The notes under the pieces: model-generated | Seen by the model: only the letters and a program-made list of their open reading frames with translations | The model's database searches: none | Told to the model about the DNA's origin: nothing | Shown: positions 1 to 10,074 of the stretch, one piece after another | How the letters are laid out: each line of letters opens with the position of its first letter | Numbering within the stretch: the first letter of the stretch is position 1 | NCBI GenBank assembly: GCA_965224085.1 | Contig: CBDCYI010000004.1 | Coordinates: forward strand, 1,890,234 to 1,954,233 | DNA length: 64,000 nt | Origin: Candidatus Marinacidobacterales bacterium | GTDB lineage: Bacteria; Acidobacteriota; Vicinamibacteria; Marinacidobacterales; SMYC01 | Direction: 5' to 3' | Made by a program: the position numbers and the translations under genes

Positions 1-561
1 CAACTCGAATTGGATCGTCTCCTCGCTCCGGTCGAGCTCATGAGAAACGAGCCGTCCGGTCAGGGGTGCGAGCGTGTACTCGGCCACGGTAAAGTCGACC
101 GGCGTTCCGATCTTCTTGCCGTCCACGGATAGCTGCGCCTGATAGTCTCCGGGGAGAAGCATCGACAGGGTCTCGATGGCGACGCCATCGTCGAGGTCGA
201 GCGTGCGCGCGGTCAGCGGCTCGCCGTTCCACTCCACCACGAGCGCGAGCCCCGTCGGAGGCTCCGGCATAGCGACGAACAGATAGACGGTGTCTTGTTC
301 CGCCCGGTAGAGATCGCGATCGGTCACGACCGCGCCCAGCGGATCGATCGAGCGTTTCCGCGGCGTCAGCGTCATGCCGGCGACGGAAAAAGACTTCTCG
401 ACGAGCGGAATGACACGGTGCACCAACAGTCGTGACAGGCGACCGTGGGTGGGATCGGCCTTCGCATCCACGAAGGCGAAGTAGTGTCCCAGCGTCAGCG
501 AGTTTTTCATCTTCATAGCCAGGGAGTAGTCGTCGATTTTCACGTCTACGGGAAGGTTCAT
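1..561 (-). CDS. Alpha-2-macroglobulin-like (MG2 domain) protein, N-terminal part; runs off the left edge
   Basis: Not in ORF track. Manual translation from ATG 561 is open to the edge: MNLPVDVKIDD...AVVTDRDLYRAEQDTV...PGDYQAQL...FTVAEYTLAP, matching the MG2 pattern TDRxxYR...GxY...FxVxEY. ATG overlaps the upstream TGA; no signal peptide visible. Confidence 0.65.
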   Translation of the reverse strand, partial: MNLPVDVKIDDYSLAMKMKNSLTLGHYFAFVDAKADPTHGRLSRLLVHRVIPLVEKSFSVAGMTLTPRKRSIDPLGAVVTDRDLYRAEQDTVYLFVAMPEPPTGLALVVEWNGEPLTARTLDLDDGVAIETLSMLLPGDYQAQLSVDGKKIGTPVDFTVAEYTLAPLTGRLVSHELDRSEETIQFEL

Positions 562-1148
562 CAGCTCTCTCCTTTGTTGTCTTCTTCGTCGCTTCCTCGA
601 AAGGAGCGCACGATGGCGTCCAGCCGATCGGCCAACTCGGCTCTCAGTGTAGGGTCTCTCAATACGCTTTCCGGCACGTCCAGCGAAGCGCCATGCCCGA
701 GCGCGCGGCGCTGAAACGTCTCGGGCTCCGATGTGGGGCTCGAACCCGAGGCCACGACGAGCCGGTCCGCCGGGATGCGTTTCAAAGCCGCCGGCTGCCG
801 CTTCTTGATGGTTGGGAAGAGCTCGCGGAGAACGTCCTCGTCACCGGCCGTTTCGAGCACGCTCGCGATGCGCTGCAGAGTGTGATGCTCGGCCTGGAGC
901 TTCTTGATGAGCAGCAGACGGGCCAAATGCTTACCGGAATAGCGGGCACGACCGCCCTCGTAACTCTCCGGTTTCGGCAGAAGCTTCTGCGTGATGTAGT
1001 AGCGGATGGTGCGCGCATCCGGCCGCTCCGTGACCTTGTAGCGCGACTGCTTCGGCGCTAGCTCCCGCAGGAGCCCTTCGGCTACCTCGACCAGCTCCTC
1101 GATCGTGAGGTCGTCTCGACTGAGATACCGACGCAGCCGCGCTTTCAT
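561..1148 (-). CDS. MerR-type HTH transcriptional regulator
   Basis: LTIEEL...RTIRYYITQKLLPKP...ARYSGKHLARLLLIKKLQ...TLQRI; start moved to ATG 1148, downstream of the promoter. Confidence 0.8.
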   Translation of the reverse strand: MKARLRRYLSRDDLTIEELVEVAEGLLRELAPKQSRYKVTERPDARTIRYYITQKLLPKPESYEGGRARYSGKHLARLLLIKKLQAEHHTLQRIASVLETAGDEDVLRELFPTIKKRQPAALKRIPADRLVVASGSSPTSEPETFQRRALGHGASLDVPESVLRDPTLRAELADRLDAIVRSFRGSDEEDNKGES

Positions 1149-1169
1149 GGCTTCTCTCTTCACAATCGT

Positions 1170-1198
1170 ATTATAGTATAGACAGTATATACTGTCAA
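1170..1198 (-). promoter_or_regulatory. Consensus sigma70 promoter with overlapping 16-bp palindrome
   Basis: Minus strand TTGACA-17 bp-TATAAT; perfect palindrome GACAGTATATACTGTC at 1181-1196. Confidence 0.85.
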
Positions 1199-1446
1199 CA
1201 CTCGACGCGGGTCCGATGGTGTGGGAAGACTTCTCAGCGGCTGGCTTCGGGAGCCACTCGAGGGAGCCGGGGGCGGAACGTGTCGTCCTGAGAAAGTGGC
1301 GAATCATACCGAAGTATCGGGGAAATGTGTCGTATAGGATGGAGTTGTCAAGTCGATCAGATCCTGTTTGGTGGAGAGCACAGGCCGCGACTCAACTTCT
1401 TCGCGGCGGCTCTCGAGAAGAAGTAGGAAGAAGGAGGAGGACGGAA

Positions 1447-1881
1447 ATGTCTCACGTTACCGCAGAGCTTCGAGAAGGTACGGTCGCGACGATCCACGCT
1501 CGTCAGTTCACCTGGAGCGCTGACGAGCCGATTGCAGCGGGCGGCACCGACAGAGGGCCGACACCTTACGAGATCCTATTGGGGAGCCTCGCCGCCTGCA
1601 TCACCATCACGTTGAGGCTATATGCAACCCACAAGGGCATTGAGCTCGCTGGGGTCGACGTCCGGCTCGAGTTCGACCGCGTCCATGCCGATGATTGTAG
1701 TGACTGCGACGAGCGCGCCGACGGATTCATCGAGCGCATTCAATCGCATGTCACCCTTCGCGGATCTTTCGATGACGCGCAACGAAAACGACTTGCCCAG
1801 GTAGCCCAACGCTGTCCGGTGCACAAGACGCTCGCGAACGGTGTGCACATCAGCGACGCCGTTAGTTTCGACAGTCCCTAA
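1447..1881 (+). CDS. OsmC/YhfA family protein
   Basis: DEPIAAGGTDRGPTPYEILLGSLAAC and RCPVHKTL motifs; AGGAGG RBS before ATG 1447. Confidence 0.9.
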   Translation: MSHVTAELREGTVATIHARQFTWSADEPIAAGGTDRGPTPYEILLGSLAACITITLRLYATHKGIELAGVDVRLEFDRVHADDCSDCDERADGFIERIQSHVTLRGSFDDAQRKRLAQVAQRCPVHKTLANGVHISDAVSFDSP

Positions 1882-2279
1882 TCTCCCTCGGCTTCCCTAC
1901 GAGGCGACGCTGTGTGCTGATCGACGAGGATCGGGTTTCCGTCAGGGTCCTCTGCAACAAAGCTGGCGGGGCCCGTCGTGCTCCCGTCTGCGGTGTTCTT
2001 CAACGCCACGCCTCGCTCCTTGAGCTGGCGCTGAAGATCGCGTACGTCTGTGAAAGTATCGAGCTCGCGGGCGCTACTGTCCCACCCAGGATTGAAGGTT
2101 AGGATGTTCTTTTCGAACATCCCCTGAAAAAGACCGATCGTGTGATCGCCATTTTTCAAAATCAGCCAGTTCTCGGAGGCATCGCCGCCGAAGGCCTTGA
2201 AGCCGAACTTTTCGTAGAAAGTCCTCGATGCCTCGATATCCTTGACAGCCAAACTGACTGAGAATGCGCCGAACTCCAT
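1878..2279 (-). CDS. VOC/glyoxalase family protein
   Basis: SLAVKDIEASRTFYEKFGF and DPDGNPILVDQH; AAGGAG RBS. Confidence 0.9.
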   Translation of the reverse strand: MEFGAFSVSLAVKDIEASRTFYEKFGFKAFGGDASENWLILKNGDHTIGLFQGMFEKNILTFNPGWDSSARELDTFTDVRDLQRQLKERGVALKNTADGSTTGPASFVAEDPDGNPILVDQHTASPRREAEGD

Positions 2280-2299
2280 ACGGTACTCCTTTCGGTGGG

Positions 2300-3334
2300 T
2301 CATGGACTAAAAATCCCTTTCGGCATGTGCATGCTGACCAGGTAGTGCGGCATGTCCACAGCTTCTGAAATCTTCAGGTCCCCTGCAAGCGAGCACAGCA
2401 TGTACGCGTCTACGCGGGACAACCCGCGCTCGGCCTCGAGGTAATCGATCATGAAGAGTGTTGCCTTTCGTGCGGCCTCGTCGATCGTCTCACCAAAGGC
2501 CGTCACCGCGTAATACTCATCGGTCTCGTATTCGGGCTCCGCCGGCAGTCGACCACCCTTTTGTACTTCAACCTCCAGGACGATGCGCATCGGGGCTTCG
2601 ACACCGGTGCCGCCGACCTCCCCGTCGCCCTGCGCGGCGTGAGTGTCGCCGATGGACAAAAGCGCCCCCTCGACGAGAACAGGCAAGAAGACCGTGGTAC
2701 CCACCCCCAAGTAACGGTTGTCCATGTTGCCGCCGTTCTCGCGCGGTGGGATGGTGACCAGTTCCTCCTCGGTAGCCGGTGCGACTCCGATAACTCCGGG
2801 GAACGGGCGAACTGGAATCGAGATATTGTCGTCGAACGGCACGTGGGTCTGGCCTTCTTCAAAGCTGAACGTCTTCAGCTGGGCGTCGGGAAACTCGTCG
2901 GCCAGGAAACCGAAACCGGGAGCGACGCCCGCCCAACCCCAATCCAGAACTTCGATCTCATGGAACGTCACCGCGAGTACATCACCCGGTTCGGCGGTTT
3001 CCACGTAGATCGGCCCTGTGAGGGGATGGATCGGATCGAAATCCATGTTCGCCATCGCGTCGATTCCGGAATCGAGCGCGAGTTGACCGTCGGTCGCCTC
3101 CTTCGTTTCGATCTCGACGATAGCGCCGGAGGGGACCGTCAAGACGGGAGGGATCGCACTGCTCCAGCGGTTGTGGGTGTTCTCAGTGCCCAGCGTGTAC
3201 TCGACCTCCACCGAGGGCACCGAGGACGCCGCGGGCTCGGGGGGCGGAGGCGGTTCGGGTGCTGCGCAGGCAGTCAGGGCCAACGTGAATGGGATGACGA
3301 TGGACCAAGCGGTAGCCGATCGGCTCGATTTCAT
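2300..3334 (-). CDS. Acetamidase/formamidase family protein with lipoprotein signal
   Basis: HPLTGPIYVE, GGNMD, IGDTHAAQGDGEV; lipobox LTAC. Confidence 0.9.
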   Translation of the reverse strand: MKSSRSATAWSIVIPFTLALTACAAPEPPPPPEPAASSVPSVEVEYTLGTENTHNRWSSAIPPVLTVPSGAIVEIETKEATDGQLALDSGIDAMANMDFDPIHPLTGPIYVETAEPGDVLAVTFHEIEVLDWGWAGVAPGFGFLADEFPDAQLKTFSFEEGQTHVPFDDNISIPVRPFPGVIGVAPATEEELVTIPPRENGGNMDNRYLGVGTTVFLPVLVEGALLSIGDTHAAQGDGEVGGTGVEAPMRIVLEVEVQKGGRLPAEPEYETDEYYAVTAFGETIDEAARKATLFMIDYLEAERGLSRVDAYMLCSLAGDLKISEAVDMPHYLVSMHMPKGIFSP

Positions 3335-3514
3335 GGACAGTCTCCTCTCAACTTGGATCTTTCTGAAACCATTCCATTCGTTTCACGTGCGAATTGCAAC
3401 TGTCGCTCGTACATGGATGCCGCTATCCTCATCCGGCAGTGGAAGACCTTTCGCTGCTCTAGGAGTAGACTCGGAACAGCACATGAACGCCAATGATGGT
3501 CTGAAGACTGGAAG

Positions 3515-4441
3515 ATGGCCGAAGTAAAAGAAAAGCGTTTTGGGCAAGGTCTCGAGCCACTCGGGCGCACGCGGGCGCGCCGCATCCTGCTCCGCCTTCT
3601 TCTGTACGGGAGTGCTACCTTCATCGGGCTACCGTTCGCGTTGTCTCACGTCATGACCCGGACATACCCGGGCGGCGGCGCCGAGACACCACCTCTTGGC
3701 TATGTGGCCGTCGAGCTCGACTCGGGTGAGCTCCGGCTAAGAGCGTGGTTGGCGCGTGGCGAAACCGACAGAGCCGCGTTCGTCATCGTCCACGGCCTTG
3801 GCGACACTCTCGAAAGCTATCAGGTGCATGCACGACCTATGATCGAGCGCGGCCACACCGTGCTCCTGCCGGACCTCAGGGGGCACGGAGGGAGCGAAGG
3901 CCAGTACACGAGCCTTGGCGGCCTCGAGAGCGGGGACGTCCGCGCCGCCATGAATTACCTGCGCGAAGCCGACCTCGCCGGCGAAGGGATCGTGCTGATG
4001 GGACACTCGATGGGAGCCGTGGCCGTCCTCTTGGCCGCCGCAGACCAGCTCGATATACGGGCGGTGGTCGCCGAGGCCCCGTTCGACACCTATCGCAACA
4101 CGGTCGCCCATCACGCGTGGCTTCTCTACTACCTCCCATCCTGGGTTCCCATCATCCCGCTTTCGATCATGGCCGCCGAATGGCGGGCCGGCTTCGATGC
4201 GGACGCGATCGACACGGTCGAGGCAGCACGGCGTATCGATGCTCCACTCCTCGCCATCGTGGATGGCCTCGATGAACGCATGCCCGAACCCGTGATACGA
4301 CGCATCGTCGACGCCCACCCCGGCAGAAACGAGCTCTGGGTCGCATCTGGCGTGGGCCACGTCGGCGCGATCTTGCACCCCGACTGGGAAAACGTCGTCC
4401 TCGGCTTCCTGGGCAAAAACGGCATCTTAACGGAATCGTGA
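3515..4441 (+). CDS. Alpha/beta hydrolase with N-terminal membrane anchor
   Basis: HGLG, DLRGHGGS, GHSMG nucleophile elbow, C-terminal D and H. Confidence 0.85.
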   Translation: MAEVKEKRFGQGLEPLGRTRARRILLRLLLYGSATFIGLPFALSHVMTRTYPGGGAETPPLGYVAVELDSGELRLRAWLARGETDRAAFVIVHGLGDTLESYQVHARPMIERGHTVLLPDLRGHGGSEGQYTSLGGLESGDVRAAMNYLREADLAGEGIVLMGHSMGAVAVLLAAADQLDIRAVVAEAPFDTYRNTVAHHAWLLYYLPSWVPIIPLSIMAAEWRAGFDADAIDTVEAARRIDAPLLAIVDGLDERMPEPVIRRIVDAHPGRNELWVASGVGHVGAILHPDWENVVLGFLGKNGILTES

Positions 4442-4489
4442 AAGCCCGCTTTGCGTCTGTCGAACGAAGCCGTCGCTGGAAAATCGAGC

Positions 4490-4918
4490 TTAGCGGAGAG
4501 ACGGACGGCGCATCGCCGAAAAGAGCTCCATGTGGCCCTCGACCACTCCCTTGCGCGCCTCCTCGTTCGGCGCAAGCGACCACTCATCGTGCTCAGCGGT
4601 GCCGCCCAGCGCGATGCCGTCCGAACGCGGCGTCTTGTGTCGGGAGACACCAGCCTGACCGCTCGTGGTGCGGAGGCCGCCACCCGTCTCGTAGTCGACT
4701 TCGGATTGCGGAACCAAAAGCGTGAGCTGGCCTTTATACGGAACGATCTCCTCGTCGTCGAACAAGTCTTTTGCGCCGAGACCAGGGGACGTTCGATTCC
4801 AAGCAACACCGGCGCGTGAACGCAGGATTCGCTGGTCGCTCAGGTCCTTGCCGTCGGCCGATCGAGTGATCGTGGCACCCCGATATTCTTTGACTTCGAG
4901 CCCAGCGAAAGCGTTCAC
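4490..4918 (-). pseudogene. C-terminal fragment of a D-amino-acid-oxidase-like FAD oxidoreductase
   Basis: GLGAKDLFDDEEIVPYKGQL...PRSDGIALGGT; no N-terminal GxGxxG. Confidence 0.6.
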
Positions 4919-4924
4919 GCAACG

Positions 4925-5395
4925 TCAACGCTCCCGGTGCCAGACCAACTCGCTGTCTCCCTCGAGGGGGCGCAGCGCCAATGTGTCCGCATCGACGAGC
5001 TCGAACGCCCGCACACGGTCGGTTCCGATCCATTCAGGCGCGTTGCACGCCTCGACGTGATGCGTGACCGTTCCGGCGTCGGCGTCCACGACGTAGCCGG
5101 CGCTGTAGGCGAAGAAGCCTTCGTCCTCGCGCGATGCGCCGCCCGAGGCCATCAGGACAACCGTCATCTTTCCGTTATCCGCATAGACGATTCGGCCGAA
5201 CGCGTCCTCGCCCATCGGGTAGACGGCCTCCCCATCGTCGCCTTTGCGGGTAAACGAGCCTAGAGACCAGCTACCGATGAACTCGGCGCCGAGGTCCACC
5301 GATTCACTGGCGTCGACCGTCTTTTCGACCGGCGCCGGCGGAGTGCAAGAGCTCAGAACGAACGCGACCGCGATCCAACCAATAACGAAACGCAT
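4925..5395 (-). CDS. Lipocalin-like domain lipoprotein
   Basis: Lipobox LSSC; FIGSWSL...GRIVY...GFFAYSAGY...LVWHR. Confidence 0.8.
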   Translation of the reverse strand: MRFVIGWIAVAFVLSSCTPPAPVEKTVDASESVDLGAEFIGSWSLGSFTRKGDDGEAVYPMGEDAFGRIVYADNGKMTVVLMASGGASREDEGFFAYSAGYVVDADAGTVTHHVEACNAPEWIGTDRVRAFELVDADTLALRPLEGDSELVWHRER

Positions 5396-5520
5396 AGCTC
5401 CACCTCCCCAAAGCACGAAGATTTGGTCACTCATAGTGGAAAACGAAAGGCTTTACAAGACACATGAACCATTGGCACCAATCCGACATCGGACCGGAAC
5501 GCGCCGCGATTCGCCTCCCC

Positions 5521-5574
5521 GTTGAGCGATATTGAGCGATATTGAGCGATGTCGAGCAATATCGAGCGATATCG
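5521..5574. repeat. 10-bp tandem repeat, about 5.4 copies (consensus ATYGAGCGAT)
   Basis: gttgagcgat attgagcgat attgagcgat gtcgagcaat atcgagcgat atcg. Confidence 0.85.
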
Positions 5575-5590
5575 CGTCCGCCGACCGCCT

Positions 5591-6142
5591 TCAGTCTTCG
5601 AGAAGCGCTTCAGCGTCGATGGTGATGAAAACGTCATTGCCGACGACGACGCCGCCATTCTCCAATTCCCCTTGCCAGCTGATATCGAAATCCTGGCGAT
5701 TGATTTTGGTCGTGCCGGTGAAGCCGGCTCGAGTTTTGGGTCCCTTGTCTTCATTGCCGACCCAAAACGGTGTCGGCCAGTGACCGAGGTAGTCCACGTC
5801 CATGACGATGGGACACGTGATCCCGCGGATCGTCAGCTCTCCGGCGGCCGTGTAGTCCGTCTTGCCGAACTGCTCGGTGAATCGACCTTTGAACGCAATC
5901 TTCGGATGATTCTCGACATCGAGGAAGTCGGCGGCTTTGAGATGGCCGTCTCGACCGTCGTCTCCTGTCCAGAGCCTGTCGGCATTCATCGTGACCTCGA
6001 TGACGCCGCCGACGGGACTGTCCAAATCGAGCTCGAGCGTCCCTTTCACCGCTGGAATAATGCCGCGAACCCAAGTCACCATCATGTGCCGCACCCGAAA
6101 TTCGGCGGCCGTATGTCCAGGTTCAAATATCCATTTTGCCAT
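5591..6142 (-). CDS. YceI family protein
   Basis: WIFEPGHT.AEFRVRHMMV, RDGHLKAADFLDVENHP, GELTIRG, INRQDF. Confidence 0.9.
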   Translation of the reverse strand: MAKWIFEPGHTAAEFRVRHMMVTWVRGIIPAVKGTLELDLDSPVGGVIEVTMNADRLWTGDDGRDGHLKAADFLDVENHPKIAFKGRFTEQFGKTDYTAAGELTIRGITCPIVMDVDYLGHWPTPFWVGNEDKGPKTRAGFTGTTKINRQDFDISWQGELENGGVVVGNDVFITIDAEALLED

Positions 6143-6189
6143 CTCCGCACTCCTCCGTTCTGTGTTTTGCGAGCGTCGTGAAATGCTCG

Positions 6190-6861
6190 CTACGATACGT
6201 TGAGCTTCATCCACGCTTCGCTCGATCGAGCCTGGTGCTCAACGCCTCTCTGCTTTTCCGCGAGCTTTTCCTGCGCACGGCGCAGTGAGCTACCGATCAT
6301 CGAATGGACCAGCGGCTCGCCTTCGCTCATCCCCACTTGCGCCAAGAGGTCACGCGTCGAGCTCCCGAGGACTTTGTTGAGCCATGGTTCATCCAGACCG
6401 ACGTAGCAGAAAAACTTGCTCGCCGGCGGCAAGATCGCGTGGAGATTGAGCACGTGATCGTCCCGATACGGAAGCGGAAAGTGCTCCGCCAGATGAACGT
6501 GGCAGGCTCGCTCAGAGGCCGCGTCCGAGCGAAGCGTTTGTTCGCGTCCTCGCTTGACCTCCTCGGGAATCTCGTCGGAAGCGAGAAGCGCGGCCGAAGA
6601 GCCGACCCGAGCATACAAGTTCTCGAGCCATTCCGTGCCGGGTCTTTGCAGAAGCTGACAGTCCGAGCCGGCCTGCTCGAGCCGGGACTGAAGGTGTTCG
6701 CCGGTGTCGGGAAAGTGATAGATGACGAGGCAGTCGACGGTATCGTCGCTTCGATCCGCGACCGCCTGACGCGTCAAATCCTCGAGCTTGAGCTCCTGAG
6801 AGAGCCACGCTCGGTCCTCGAAGGACGGCTTCTTGCTGAACAAGCGATTCAGAAAACCCAT
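6190..6861 (-). CDS. Hypothetical protein
   Basis: Long ORF starting MGFLNRLFSKK, co-oriented with neighbours; no family recognised. Confidence 0.55.
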   Translation of the reverse strand: MGFLNRLFSKKPSFEDRAWLSQELKLEDLTRQAVADRSDDTVDCLVIYHFPDTGEHLQSRLEQAGSDCQLLQRPGTEWLENLYARVGSSAALLASDEIPEEVKRGREQTLRSDAASERACHVHLAEHFPLPYRDDHVLNLHAILPPASKFFCYVGLDEPWLNKVLGSSTRDLLAQVGMSEGEPLVHSMIGSSLRRAQEKLAEKQRGVEHQARSSEAWMKLNVS

Positions 6862-7282
6862 GACAACGAGCCTTTCGTTGAACGCCCGAAGTGTACTCGG
6901 TCGCCGAATCGCGAGCAATTCACGACGCGCCCAGCCCTGCTATCCGCGAAGGACCGCGTCCCAGTGCTCGTATAGAAGCGATGCTCGAACCGTACGAGCG
7001 CCCTCGAACAGGCCGCTGCTGGAGCATGAATCCCGTCCAACATCGCCCAACGCCAAGCGAGGTCGAGCAGATCTTCGCTCATCATTAACAAACTGATTCC
7101 TCCTCGGCAAAATCTGTGGATCATCTCTGGACGTCGAAGCACCCGGAGACGAAGCGTTGATACCTGGCCAGCCATTGCAGCAACACGATGACCACGCCGG
7201 GCCATAGTCGGAGCGGCTTGTGTCGAGTCGGCTCGTCGATCGGTTGTTTTCTTGCTTCTATCGTTAAAATCCGATACCTCGG

Positions 7283-10074
7283 CTATTCCTCCCGGAGAGC
7301 CTGTACGGGATCGATCTCCGACACGCGCCAAGCGGGAACTGCGGAAGCGATAAGCGCAACGAGCGTGAGCAGAAGAGCGACGAGGCCGAGCGTGCCGATG
7401 TCGGTGGGTGCCACGTCATGCAGCAGTCCGGAGATGAGCTGGCCGAGAAAGAGCGAGGCCGCAAGCCCGATGGCGAGACCGAAAAGCGCCAGTTGCGCGC
7501 CTTCTTTCAGGACGACGCGCATGAGGAGGGACCGATCGGCGCCGTCCCGAACTCGTGTGTCCGCTGGCTGACCCCGAACGCGAGCACGCCGGCGACACCG
7601 ACCGCCGCCACGGTGAGCGCGAGGAACGCAAACACGCCAACGAGCGCGGCATTCAGCCTCTGTGCCGAGATCGATTCCGAACGGATCTCGGCGAGCGTCG
7701 CGATGTCTTCGATCGGCTGCTCGGGATTGAGCTCGCGAATCTGACTCATGATCGGCCGTATGACCGCATCCGGCTGAGGGGTCCGAACGAAGAGTGAGCT
7801 GACGATTGCGAACTGGGTGAACGGGTTGAAAACCACATGCGGCACGTCCTCGGCCACACCGTATTCCTTGGCGTTGGAGACGACGCCCACGATCGTCCGG
7901 TAGTCGCCAGGGATGTATTGAAGCATTTCGCTTCTCCAGCCGATGCGCTGTCCCACCGCCTCGCGGTCTGGAAAGTAGTGATCGGCCAAGGCCTTGTTGA
8001 CGACGACGACCTTTGCAGCATCCGGCTCGTCGGCCGCGTTGAAGGAACGACCCTCGATAAGCGTCATGCCGAGTGTTCGGAAGTAGTCGGCGCCGACGGC
8101 GCGAAGTTCGGCTCTCGGCGGTGGAGCCCCCGGCTCGGTCGGCCGCCCTTCGATCTCGAACTGAAGCGTGGCTAGCGCGGCCAAAGCGCCCTTGGGCGTT
8201 CCCTTCAAAGGAATCATGCTCCCCACCGCCGCGGAGCGCACGCCGGGTAAAGCGGTGACACGTTCTACCATGGTCTGGAAGTACGTGCGCAGCTCGGCCG
8301 ACGTCCGCGCGCCGAAGTCGATGGGAACCTTCATCGTCAGCACTTCTTCGAGAGCAACACCGCCGTCATCTTCTTGAAGGTTCTTCAACGACTCGAGCAA
8401 GAGCCCGGCGCCAACGAGAAGCACGAAGCTCACGCCGACCTGCGAGACGACGAGGAGCCGCTGCATGCGCCGACCCGACCCGCCCGCGGTCGCGCGCGTA
8501 CCGGACAGCCAGGAATGGCTTCGGGAAACCGTCCCGGGTAATCGCGGCAGGAGAGCGAAGAGACATGCGGACGCCAATGCGACTCCGAGTGCGACGGAAA
8601 GCACGGTGGTGTCGACGGTGATCTCGGACGCCCGTGCGGAATAGCGGGCGATGTACGCCGCCAGTAAGTCGACACCGGCGACCGTGAGCAACACACCGAG
8701 CGCGGCGCCCGCAATCGAAGGGACAACGTTCTCGATGAGCAACTGGCGCCGGATCGTCCGGGTCTTCGCACCCAGCGAGACACGAAGCGCCCATTCGTCC
8801 CAACGGCGCATCACGCGAGCCAGCGTCAGGTTGGCCACGTTCGCACAGGCGATCGCGAGGACGAAGGCGGCAACGCCGAGCAGCATGAACATCGTGGTTC
8901 GCGCCTCGGCGGCGAGCTGATCGCGCAGAAGGACGAGCGACACCTGATAGCCGTAAACCGCACCGTAGGCCTCGGGATGCTCGTCGTGCAGGCGGCGAGT
9001 AATCGCGTCGACCTCCGCATGTGCCGATGCCAAGCTAGCGTCCGGTGCGAGGCGTGCGAACACCTCCGTCATTCGGTGGACCCGATCGTGGGTCATGCTC
9101 GCGTCCAGGTGGTGCGGGCTTGCGACCATGTTGACGTAGATGTCCGTCTCCGCGGGATACGGAGGTGCGGGCTCCGCTACGCCGACGATCTCGACGCTCC
9201 GGCCGTTCATCGTCACCGTCCGACCGACCACGTCCGGGTCCGCGCCAAAATGGCGATGCCAGTAGTCGTAGGTAAGCACGGCTACGGGAGGTGCGGCTTC
9301 TCCGTCCTCACTGTTCGAAATGACCCGCCCAACGCGGGCACCGAGTCCCATCACTTCGAAGTAGTTCCCCGTCACGATCCCGGCACGCACGATTCTCGGC
9401 TCGTCGAGTCCGAGAATGCTGAACGGCATGGAGGAGAACTCCGCGACGCCATCGAGACTGGGACTCTGCTGCCGGTAGTCGTCGATCTCGGGGACGGAAA
9501 AGAGTGCGTTTTTGATCCCCGCGAGGCTCGCGGAATGACGCAGGTAGACGATACGATCGCCGTCGCGGTATGGGAGAGGGCGGAGCCAGACCCCGTGGAT
9601 TACGCTGAAGATCGCGGTGTTGGCGCCGATACCGAGGCCCAGCGTTAGCACGAAGGCGATGACATAGGCCGGGCTTCGCACGAGCCCGCGGAAAGCAACG
9701 CGCAGATCCGAGAACCATCGAGTCAAGCTGGACAGGACAGACAACGCCGCCCTCGTCTCTGGTAAATGCAAGCCGAGCAGACGGCGCCACGCCGGAACGT
9801 CCGCATGAGGATCGATGAAGCTCGGCGCTTTGAGAGCACCGTAGGCACGAGCCACGCGCGAGGCGGTCCCGAACTGGGAAAGGGCCGTGGTGGTCGCTGC
9901 CTCGTTGGTGGCGCCCTCGTCGATGAGCTCCGCAATCGCGTCCTCGAGATGCGCGTCGGTCTCCTCGAGGATCCGCTCGATACCGGGGTGGCTCGCCACG
10001 ACACGAAACTGCGCGGCGAGCTCCTTTCCGAGCGCGAGACGGAATGCTTGAAGCATCCGGGACGATGAGCTCAT
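7283..10074 (-). pseudogene. ADOP-type (MacB/FtsX duplicated) ABC permease, frameshifted near the C-terminus
   Basis: LGLGIGANTAIFS, LAIACANVANL, LVVSQV; the C-terminus (VLKEG...PAWRVSEIDPVQALREE) is in another frame because the GIRMALGA motif is broken at about 7543. Confidence 0.85.

Noticed and set aside
1181-1196. LexA SOS box at the merR promoter
   Set aside because: Arms read CAG...CTG, the reverse of the CTG-N10-CAG box; the shared GTATATAC core with the brnTA operator is probably coincidental.
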